NCBI GenBank assembly: GCA_964605875.1
Contig: CAZSEG010000008.1
Location: 1-44,564, forward strand
Source: an uncultured Chitinophagaceae bacterium
Lineage (GTDB): Bacteria; Bacteroidota; Bacteroidia; Chitinophagales; LD1
DNA length: 44,564 bases
Direction of reading: 5' to 3'
Part shown: positions 25,732-33,549 of the stretch, piece after piece
Numbering within the stretch: position 1 is the stretch's first letter
Layout: every line of letters starts with the position of its first letter
Position numbers and translations under genes: made by a program
The notes under the pieces: generated by a model
What the model was told of the DNA's origin: nothing
The model's input: the letters and a program-made list of their open reading frames with translations, nothing else
The model's database searches: none

Positions 25732-26937
25732 ATGAAAAAGTTAATAGCACTCCTGATTGTTGCATTATTCTCTTTACTGTTTGTAACAATAATTCCCGCT
25801 TGGTGGTTTAATCGAACATTAAACCACTTTGAAATCTGGTATCCTGATTTTGGCAGAATACTTTTTTTTTATCTGAATTATGGTTTTTATCCGCAATTTT
25901 TAATTGCTTTATTCGGGTTAGTTTACCTGATTTACAAACGGCTTAAATCGGGCTATGGGTTGAAGTGGCAAAAAACATTGCATACCCTTGTATATCTATC
26001 GGTTTTTGCGGTCGCCCTGTCGGTTTTTTACATATTTCACAGTTCGTATTATGCCCTGCAGTATAGCTCTTATCCAAAAAAAAATATTGTAATATGGGAA
26101 GATAAGAGAAATGCTATTCTTGATTCGCTTGCTAATTGCGAGAATCTTCAGGACAGTATAATTTGTATCAACCGTTTTGCTTACAGAGACGCATTACATG
26201 GAGGCAGAAGCATACGCATAAACAGTGTTGATATAAATAAAACTGCCTTGCAATGGGAGGCGGAGGTTTTTGCGCATTATTTTTCGGAAGATAAATTGAC
26301 GGTTAATTGTGACGGAAATTCTATGTATAATGTTTCTCTTTACAAGGAATTTATGGACGAACAACTAAAATCCTACCGTTATTTCATCGGTATTCCAAAC
26401 GACCCTGAGAAGAAAGGACATGCAATCAATCTGTTAGTTACAAACACGAAGCAATATTATTTGATTGACCCTATGTTTAACTCATGGTTTGCCGATGAAT
26501 CGGGAAATCTGATTGATTTAAGGAAGTTGATATTGAAATACAGGCTGTCTGATATGGACAGTGTCAGGTTGGCTTATATTCCTGAAAAAGCGCAATGCCT
26601 TACTTATTCCGAAGCGGTAACACTGATTGACCATCCGCTTTTTGATGAAGACAAAGAAGGATACTTTTTAAGAAGCAATAATGATGAATTTCCCCTTGTT
26701 TTTAATTGCGAAAGGAATCTTAAAGACTATTTAGAACCGGATTATTATGAAGATTATCAGGATATTGCAGCTTATTACGGGAGAACAGATTTGAAATTTA
26801 CGGATGAAAAAGATTTTGTAAATTGTTTTGCTTTTGTCAGCCTGATAGAGGGAGAAGGCGGGGAAGATATTTTGAAAGAAATCAGGAATTGGTTTGAAAG
26901 TGATATAAGAACACTTGAACAATTACAAATAAATTAG
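25732..26937 (+). CDS. Membrane-anchored protein: N-terminal WYP two-helix module plus a transglutaminase-like domain (paralogue of 24820-25662)
   Basis: 401 aa. The N-terminus 'IPAWWFNRTLNHFEIWYPDFGRILFFYLNY' closely matches ORF 9024. The soluble part has 'NCDGNSMYNVSLY...GHAINLLV...YYLIDPMFNSWFADESGN', collinear with 'HVVALVK...WIVQDAFFNCTIADSLNK' of the lipoprotein. Confidence 0.5.
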   Translation: MKKLIALLIVALFSLLFVTIIPAWWFNRTLNHFEIWYPDFGRILFFYLNYGFYPQFLIALFGLVYLIYKRLKSGYGLKWQKTLHTLVYLSVFAVALSVFYIFHSSYYALQYSSYPKKNIVIWEDKRNAILDSLANCENLQDSIICINRFAYRDALHGGRSIRINSVDINKTALQWEAEVFAHYFSEDKLTVNCDGNSMYNVSLYKEFMDEQLKSYRYFIGIPNDPEKKGHAINLLVTNTKQYYLIDPMFNSWFADESGNLIDLRKLILKYRLSDMDSVRLAYIPEKAQCLTYSEAVTLIDHPLFDEDKEGYFLRSNNDEFPLVFNCERNLKDYLEPDYYEDYQDIAAYYGRTDLKFTDEKDFVNCFAFVSLIEGEGGEDILKEIRNWFESDIRTLEQLQIN

Positions 26938-26950
26938 ACAAGAGAATAAA

Positions 26951-27919
26951 ATGAAAAAAGCAATTGTATTAGGCGCAGGCGGCTTCATCGGCTCGCATTT
27001 GGTGAAAAGATTAAAAAGCGAAGGTTATCGCGTAAAAGGAATTGATTTAAAACATCCCGAATTTTCCGGAACAGCAGCCGATGAGTTTGTTTTGGGCGAT
27101 TTGCGCAATTGGGATTTTGTGCAAAATATCATTGACGAAAATACAGACGAACTATATCAGCTTGCAGCCGACATGGGCGGAGCGGGATATATTTTTACCG
27201 GAGAACATGATGCCGATGTGATGCACAATTCAGCACAAATAAACCTGAATGTGGCAAAAGCAGCCGTTGAGAAAAAAGTGAAAGCATTATTTTATTCTTC
27301 GTCTGCCTGTATGTATCCCGAATATAATCAGACAGACCCCGACAACCCCAAATGTGCTGAAAACACTGCCTATCCTGCCGCACCCGACAGCGAATACGGA
27401 TGGGAAAAATTGTTCAGCGAACGCCTGTATTTATCGTTCAAAAGAAATTACGGGCTGAATGTAAAAATCGCCCGCTATCACAACATCTACGGAACGGAAA
27501 GCGCGTGGAAAAACGGTAAGGAGAAAGCTCCTGCCGCGCTTTCAAGAAAAGTAGCGCAAACGCCCGGTGGCGGTGAAATAGAAATTTGGGGCGATGGAAA
27601 ACAAACCCGTTCGTTTCTTTTTATTGACGACTGCTTGGATGCAACAACAATGCTGCTGCGGTCGGATAAAACAGGAGCATATAATATCGGTTCGGAAGAA
27701 ATGATTTCGATTAACGATTTTGCAAAACTGATTATGCAAATTGCAGGAAAACAATTCACGATAAAAAATATACCGGGACCCGAAGGCGTAAGAGGAAGAT
27801 GTTCCGATAATGCTTTGATTAAAAAAGATTTGAAATGGCAACCGGAATATGATTTGAAAAAAGGAATGGAAATTACTTACAAATGGATAGCGGGGGAAGT
27901 TGAAAAAAATAAAATCTGA
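26951..27919 (+). CDS. GDP-mannose 3,5-epimerase-like SDR (NAD-dependent epimerase)
   Basis: 322 aa. 'GAGGFIGSH', 'LAADMGG', 'SSACMYPE', 'YGWEKL', 'RYHNIYG..WKNGKEKAPAA', 'WGDGKQTRSF.FIDDC', 'IPGPEGVRGRCSDNALIKK'. These blocks match plant GME almost block for block as I recall its sequence, including the catalytic Cys/Tyr/Lys positions. Confidence 0.8.
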   Translation: MKKAIVLGAGGFIGSHLVKRLKSEGYRVKGIDLKHPEFSGTAADEFVLGDLRNWDFVQNIIDENTDELYQLAADMGGAGYIFTGEHDADVMHNSAQINLNVAKAAVEKKVKALFYSSSACMYPEYNQTDPDNPKCAENTAYPAAPDSEYGWEKLFSERLYLSFKRNYGLNVKIARYHNIYGTESAWKNGKEKAPAALSRKVAQTPGGGEIEIWGDGKQTRSFLFIDDCLDATTMLLRSDKTGAYNIGSEEMISINDFAKLIMQIAGKQFTIKNIPGPEGVRGRCSDNALIKKDLKWQPEYDLKKGMEITYKWIAGEVEKNKI

Positions 27920-27920
27920 A

Positions 27921-29750
27921 ATGATTTTAAAGAGCAATATCATTTCATTTATTTCCAAAATCAGGCATTACCTGATTTTTAATTTAGGCTATCTGTTTTT
28001 TTTAGTTTTTGCTGTTTTATATTTTTATTACCGGAGAGAATTTTATGATGCTTTCCACTTTTATTTTGAAGCGCCATACAATTATTTTAAGCTGTGGTTT
28101 CCAAAATTTTATTTTGAGGCATATTTATTTACCATAATTCTGAAAATTTCTTTTTTCGTTACACTCATTGCCTCAGTATATTATTTATTCAGGAAAAGTA
28201 AACAAAGTGCTTCTTGGATTTTCTATAATATACAATCCGGTTACTGGCGGTTTATTGCTTATGAGTTTGCAATAATACTCCCGTTTTTTCTGCTTTACCT
28301 TACCTTGTATTTTTCATTAAAATACTTTGTGCCGACAGCGCAAAATGGCTTACAGATACTTATTACAAGAGGCTTTTTACTGCATATTTCTTTTCAAGCG
28401 GTAATTATACTTTTCGGAAACTTTGAAAAGATACGGAATTATTTAAAAAATTATTTACTGCTGCCGCAATTGCCACACAATATTGCTGTTTTAAGAATAG
28501 TGTTCTTTTTTTATCTGGCATATATTTATGACAGAAAATATTTTTCTGCTTTACCGACAGTTTCTTTAACAAGTAAAGTTTCCTTGCCTTATATCGGTTG
28601 GCTGATAGAATTGATTCCTGTGAATACCTCCATTTATACGGTATTTATTTTTATTGGAATTATTTGCTGTGCATTTATTGTAATCGGCTATAAAACAAGA
28701 TGGTTTTTGCTCGTTAATGCAGTGTGCGCTTTTTACATTATTGCCACGCCTAATTTTTTTGGCAAATTGTGGCACGAGCAATTGGTAATATGGATATGCT
28801 GGTTTTTTGCTTTGAGCAGATGTTATGATGCACTTTCATTAGATGCCAAACTGAGCAAAAAACCGATTGTAAAAAGCGCAGATTATACATTTCCTGTAAG
28901 ATTTATATGGCTGCAATTGGGTATCATTTATTTTTGGGCGGGGTTTTACAAATTGTGGGATTGTGGTTTTGATTGGGCGTTAAGTCAATCAATGATTAAT
29001 CAGGTGCAGTTGGAGTGGCTGCAACACTATGATAAAATTCCCGCTATAAGAATTGACAACTATCCCATATTATTAAAGATAAGCGGATTGTTGGTAATAG
29101 GTTTTGAACTGTGCTATATTTTATTTGTATTGAAACCCGCAACACGCTGGATTGCTGCTGCCGGAGGATTGTTGATGCACAATGTTATCGGCTATTTTAT
29201 GTACATTTCTTTTTCGCATTTATTGCAGGCTTTCTATGTAGTTTATGTTGATTTCACTTGCTTGTTTTCCAAAGGAAAGCAAAATGCGGAAGTTGTTTTT
29301 GGCTATTCCAAAGCGGCTTTCGGTACAGGGATTTTAGTTCTCTCGATAAATTTTTTATGCGGTATGTTTTCAATAGACACCTACCCGTTTTCTTCCTATC
29401 CTAAATATGCGGCTATAATTCCCGATACTATAAAAATTATACATTTTGAGCCATACTTGCCCGATAGCAATACCGTTGATGTTCACGCTGTGGGCAAAAA
29501 AAATAATTTCAGGTGGGAAAGCTATGGTTGGTTAGAGTATGGCTTAATCAAGGATTTTGAAACCGGGCAAGATGTACAAAAACGTTTGTATGATTACTGG
29601 GAAATATGGCAGAGCCATAACCCCGAACTGAAAGAATACAAAAATGTGAAAGTATCTGTCAGAGAACGCCCTGTATCTCCCGAAGGAATCAATCAAAATA
29701 AAATCACGCAATTTATGGGAACGATTGGCGATTGCAACGAACAGGAATAA
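27921..29750 (+). CDS. HTTM domain polytopic membrane protein, paralogue 2
   Basis: The ATG at 27921 sits directly after the epimerase stop (the track starts at TTG 27900). 'IAVLRIVFFFY', 'WHEQLVIWICWFFALSRCYDALSLD', 'WLQLGIIYFWAGFYKLWDCGFDWALSQSMINQVQLEW' and 'LLMHNVIGYFMYISF' are collinear with ORF 23058. Confidence 0.6.
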   Translation: MILKSNIISFISKIRHYLIFNLGYLFFLVFAVLYFYYRREFYDAFHFYFEAPYNYFKLWFPKFYFEAYLFTIILKISFFVTLIASVYYLFRKSKQSASWIFYNIQSGYWRFIAYEFAIILPFFLLYLTLYFSLKYFVPTAQNGLQILITRGFLLHISFQAVIILFGNFEKIRNYLKNYLLLPQLPHNIAVLRIVFFFYLAYIYDRKYFSALPTVSLTSKVSLPYIGWLIELIPVNTSIYTVFIFIGIICCAFIVIGYKTRWFLLVNAVCAFYIIATPNFFGKLWHEQLVIWICWFFALSRCYDALSLDAKLSKKPIVKSADYTFPVRFIWLQLGIIYFWAGFYKLWDCGFDWALSQSMINQVQLEWLQHYDKIPAIRIDNYPILLKISGLLVIGFELCYILFVLKPATRWIAAAGGLLMHNVIGYFMYISFSHLLQAFYVVYVDFTCLFSKGKQNAEVVFGYSKAAFGTGILVLSINFLCGMFSIDTYPFSSYPKYAAIIPDTIKIIHFEPYLPDSNTVDVHAVGKKNNFRWESYGWLEYGLIKDFETGQDVQKRLYDYWEIWQSHNPELKEYKNVKVSVRERPVSPEGINQNKITQFMGTIGDCNEQE

Positions 29751-29753
29751 ATC

Positions 29754-31268
29754 ATGAAACCTCATTTAAAGACAATTACTTACCTGTTCCTGCTCAACAT
29801 TTTTTTTGTTGTCTTTTTATTTTTGCTTGGGCACTCGTGGTATATAGCTGAAATGGGAGAAACTGCAAAAACAGCATATCCGCGATTTTATTTTTTGTTT
29901 GTGTTGCTTGGGCAGAACAGTGTTTTTCTTTTTGATTTTTTTTCAATAGCAATTATTCTGCTTAATACCTTTCTTATATTCAAACTAATCTCATTATATC
30001 GTGATAAAGGGACAGCAGTTCTTTTTTTCTGCTCAACAACAGTTGCACTTATGGCAGCGGAATGGACATTGAGAAAAATGGAGTATCTGCCCGGAATGTA
30101 TCCATGGTCTAAATATTCATTCAAACCTGCAGAAAAATTACAAGAGAAGAAAGGTTTTTATGCTGATGAAGACGGCATATTGAAAATTGACAGTACAAGC
30201 CAATTAGAAATAGCTTCAATGATAGTGAAAAATCAAAAAGAATTTGGGATAAACAAAGCAGATGAAGTGTATGAACTGGCAAGCAATTATACAGATGTTT
30301 TAAACAGAATGGCAGACAATGATTTTTCTGAACATTATTTTTCGATAATGCAAAAACCTGAAAATATACGAACGGAATGGGAAGCTGCCATAGTAAATTT
30401 TGTTTGTAACCCGATAAATAAAGATGGATTCAGAAGTATTGAGTTCAAGAGATACAGGTGCTCCAAACCTTCCATATTACTGCTCGGTGATTCTTTTACC
30501 TGGGGGCATACTACTGATAATAAAACCAACTCATTTGCCGATATTTTATTAAGCAAAGGTTTTGTGGTATATAATACAGGAATTACTACAACAGATGTGG
30601 CTCAGTATTTAGCCGTGGCAAAAAAATATATTCCCGAATTATACCCCGATTATGTAGTCGTAAATTTTTATCTCGGCAATGACATTTCTTATTACAAACG
30701 GGAGGTTTTGCCACATCACCCGACATTTTATTGTACTAATAACTATTTACTTGCCTGTCCGCATGGCAAATATCTGAACAAGGAAGAATCTTATCAATTT
30801 GCATTGGCATATAATCAAGTGCCGTCTAACGAAAAAAGTATAGTGGATAGACTATTGATAAAAACCGTAGTCGGAACACTATTGATGTGGCGTTGCTCAA
30901 ATATTGATTTGGTTCCTTACCTGACACATTGTAATTCAGGAATCCACAGAGGAATTTTGACACCTTATTTCCAAGAAGCTGAAAAACGGAAATACCCGAC
31001 ACCGTACTGCAATCAAGAGTTACAACAAATAAAAAACATAGCCGAGCAGCACAATTCTAAATTTATTTTGTCATCTATTCCCGATTTCAGTACCGGGTCG
31101 TTGAAAACGACAAAGGACTTTCCTGATTTGTTTACAGGAATGGAGTATGTAGAAATGAACGTGAGGCGGGCAGATTACGAATTGGGGAGTGGAATACATT
31201 TTAATGAGGCGGGTCATAAAAAGTATGCGGAATTTTTGGACAGCTTAATACGAAACTCTCAATACTAA
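29754..31268 (+). CDS. Membrane-anchored SGNH/GDSL-family hydrolase or acyltransferase
   Basis: 504 aa with N-terminal TM helices. Block I 'LLLGDSFTWGH', block II 'NTGITTTD', block III 'NFYLGNDI', block V-like 'GIHFNEAGHKKYAEFL'. Confidence 0.65.
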   Translation: MKPHLKTITYLFLLNIFFVVFLFLLGHSWYIAEMGETAKTAYPRFYFLFVLLGQNSVFLFDFFSIAIILLNTFLIFKLISLYRDKGTAVLFFCSTTVALMAAEWTLRKMEYLPGMYPWSKYSFKPAEKLQEKKGFYADEDGILKIDSTSQLEIASMIVKNQKEFGINKADEVYELASNYTDVLNRMADNDFSEHYFSIMQKPENIRTEWEAAIVNFVCNPINKDGFRSIEFKRYRCSKPSILLLGDSFTWGHTTDNKTNSFADILLSKGFVVYNTGITTTDVAQYLAVAKKYIPELYPDYVVVNFYLGNDISYYKREVLPHHPTFYCTNNYLLACPHGKYLNKEESYQFALAYNQVPSNEKSIVDRLLIKTVVGTLLMWRCSNIDLVPYLTHCNSGIHRGILTPYFQEAEKRKYPTPYCNQELQQIKNIAEQHNSKFILSSIPDFSTGSLKTTKDFPDLFTGMEYVEMNVRRADYELGSGIHFNEAGHKKYAEFLDSLIRNSQY

Positions 31269-32563
31269 TGATAAAAAACGTAATCATATTAATCATATCT
31301 TTTCTTGTTATCAGCTTTTTTTTGTTGCTTGGGAAATTGATTTCAGAGCGTTATTTTATATCAACAAATATTTTAAACTGGTATAAAATCTTTATTTGTT
31401 TTATTTCAATCGGGGGAGCATATTTTATTTACAAAGCGGAATTTTTAAATAAGGAATTATTCTTTAAAGGATTTATTTTCTGTTTTTTGTTTTTATTTTT
31501 TGAATTGCTTTTCACATACATTATTGATTACAAAAAATATTATGGAATAACTATTCACGGAAAGGAAATAGGATATGATTTAAAATTACAACAACAAACT
31601 TATGCAGACAGTGCGGGAATAAACAAATTTATTAATGATAAAAATACGCCTCTTGGATATATCATTAACAAGGAAGGATTTAGCTCGCGATACGAATTTA
31701 CAAAACAGGTTGCGGACTCGTTGAAAAGAATTTCAAAAGTAATTATGTTCATTGGCGATTCACATACCGAAGGCTATTGTGCAGACCCGATAACTCACTC
31801 ATTTACAAATTTAATTGATCAAAATAAAAATTTCAGTGCGTTAAATGTTGGAGTAGGCGGCACTGACCCGCTGCAATACAAGCTGATTGCAGAACAGTAT
31901 ATTCCAAAGCTATTGCCCGATATGGTAATTGTAGCGCTGTGTTTGGATAATGATTTTATGCATTACGACAGAAAACCTGCTCCGTTGCAACCATTACACT
32001 TTCAAACAAATTACAACTGGTTGAACGCAACCCTTCCCGAATCACATCCCGATTTTGCGCCTGATAAATATTTTGAAAATTGGGATGCCGCAAAATCATA
32101 TTATCTTGAGAATTATACCATTACAGGAAAAGATATTCATTTGCTCGAAAAAATATTTATCATTCCATCAAATTTCAACAGCTTTTTGTATTACTTGTCA
32201 ACGGCATTAAAAAAGTATTTCAATCTGAAAAAATCAATTGAAAAATACGGCAAAAACATATCCGTAAATTTTAAATTATCAGACAATGATATTACCTACC
32301 GTCATTTGACAACTATTCGTGAAATATGCAAAGAGCAGAAAGTTGATTTTAAATTATTCGGTGTGCCTACAATAAAAGATATGGCATTAAATCAGGATTC
32401 AGTTTATTTAAAATATCAGACGGTTTTGAAAGATTTGCATTTGTATTATCCCCGCAATTTTGTGAGCAATGATTTTGTAAGCGAACGTAATGACCATTTT
32501 AATAATAAAGGGCATGAAAAATTTGCGGAATTTCTTGACAGCATAATTTCGGACTATGAGTAA
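31268..32563 (+). CDS. Membrane-anchored SGNH/GDSL-family hydrolase or acyltransferase (paralogue)
   Basis: 431 aa, with ATG overlapping the previous stop (TAATG). 'IMFIGDSHTEGY', 'NVGVGGTD', 'CLDNDF', 'NDHFNNKGHEKFAEFLDSII'. The C-terminus parallels the preceding ORF. Confidence 0.65.
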   Translation: MIKNVIILIISFLVISFFLLLGKLISERYFISTNILNWYKIFICFISIGGAYFIYKAEFLNKELFFKGFIFCFLFLFFELLFTYIIDYKKYYGITIHGKEIGYDLKLQQQTYADSAGINKFINDKNTPLGYIINKEGFSSRYEFTKQVADSLKRISKVIMFIGDSHTEGYCADPITHSFTNLIDQNKNFSALNVGVGGTDPLQYKLIAEQYIPKLLPDMVIVALCLDNDFMHYDRKPAPLQPLHFQTNYNWLNATLPESHPDFAPDKYFENWDAAKSYYLENYTITGKDIHLLEKIFIIPSNFNSFLYYLSTALKKYFNLKKSIEKYGKNISVNFKLSDNDITYRHLTTIREICKEQKVDFKLFGVPTIKDMALNQDSVYLKYQTVLKDLHLYYPRNFVSNDFVSERNDHFNNKGHEKFAEFLDSIISDYE

Positions 32564-33548
32564 TCCATATTTGTCAATAGTATTGGTAGGGCGTAATGAT
32601 AATTACGGTGGCGATTTTAGGGAGCGTTTGCAAATGTGCATATCCGGTTTGTTCGAGCAGTTAAATCGTTTCCGGATTCATTCGGAAATTATTTTTGTCA
32701 ATTACAATCCTTTACCGGAACCGGATATTAAAGATTTTATTGCTTGGCACAAATCAACCGATTATGTTTCAATTCGTATCATAACAGTTCCTTCTGAAGT
32801 CCATGAAAAATTTGTTTTGAAGCACGGAATAAAAAACGTTCCGGTGAATGAATATCTTGGAAAAAACGCAGGAATAAGAAGAAGCAAAGGTGAATATATT
32901 TTATGTATGAATCCTGACATTTTGTTTCCTGACGAACTCGTAAAATATGTTTTAAAAGGATTGCAACAGTGTTATTTTTACCGTGCAAACAGAATTGATT
33001 TTGATTTTGTTGACGGAAAAAAACAATTGCTGCGCATTAATTTGAAAGGACATTCTCCCAAAATTCAAATTTACTCAGAATGGGCTACTTGGTTCTTAAA
33101 TTTGAAATATGCTTTTATCAATTGGTATATGATCAATTCAGTCAGGATAGAAAAGTTTTTAAATCGCATCAAAAAGCCGGTTTTTTATGATAATGCCGAA
33201 CTTCGTTTTCACTGCAAAACCAGTGGAGATTTTATGTTGATGCACCATTCACATTGGATGGCAACAGAAGGTTATTTTGAAACTTCCGCTATCGCACTTC
33301 ACATAGATTCATTATTTGTCATTCAAACTGCAATGTATGGTTTAAAGGAAAAGGTTATTAAATTTCCTATTTACCACAGAGAGCATGAAAGAAGATTTAC
33401 CGCAAACAATGATAATCCCGAAGAACTTGATGCCTATAAGCGTTTTCAACATGAAGCACAGATGATGCTCAAACAGAAGAAGAATAAAATATTTAATCAA
33501 AATAATTGGGGATTGATTGACTTGACATTACCCGAAATTAATTCATAG
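32556..33548 (+). CDS. GT-A fold glycosyltransferase (GT2-like)
   Basis: 330 aa. 'LSIVLVGRNDNYGGDF', 'NAGIRRSKGEYILCMNPDILF', 'GDFMLMHHSHWMATEGY'. Overlaps the upstream gene by 8 nt. Confidence 0.65.
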   Translation: MSNPYLSIVLVGRNDNYGGDFRERLQMCISGLFEQLNRFRIHSEIIFVNYNPLPEPDIKDFIAWHKSTDYVSIRIITVPSEVHEKFVLKHGIKNVPVNEYLGKNAGIRRSKGEYILCMNPDILFPDELVKYVLKGLQQCYFYRANRIDFDFVDGKKQLLRINLKGHSPKIQIYSEWATWFLNLKYAFINWYMINSVRIEKFLNRIKKPVFYDNAELRFHCKTSGDFMLMHHSHWMATEGYFETSAIALHIDSLFVIQTAMYGLKEKVIKFPIYHREHERRFTANNDNPEELDAYKRFQHEAQMMLKQKKNKIFNQNNWGLIDLTLPEINS

Positions 33549-33549
33549 C

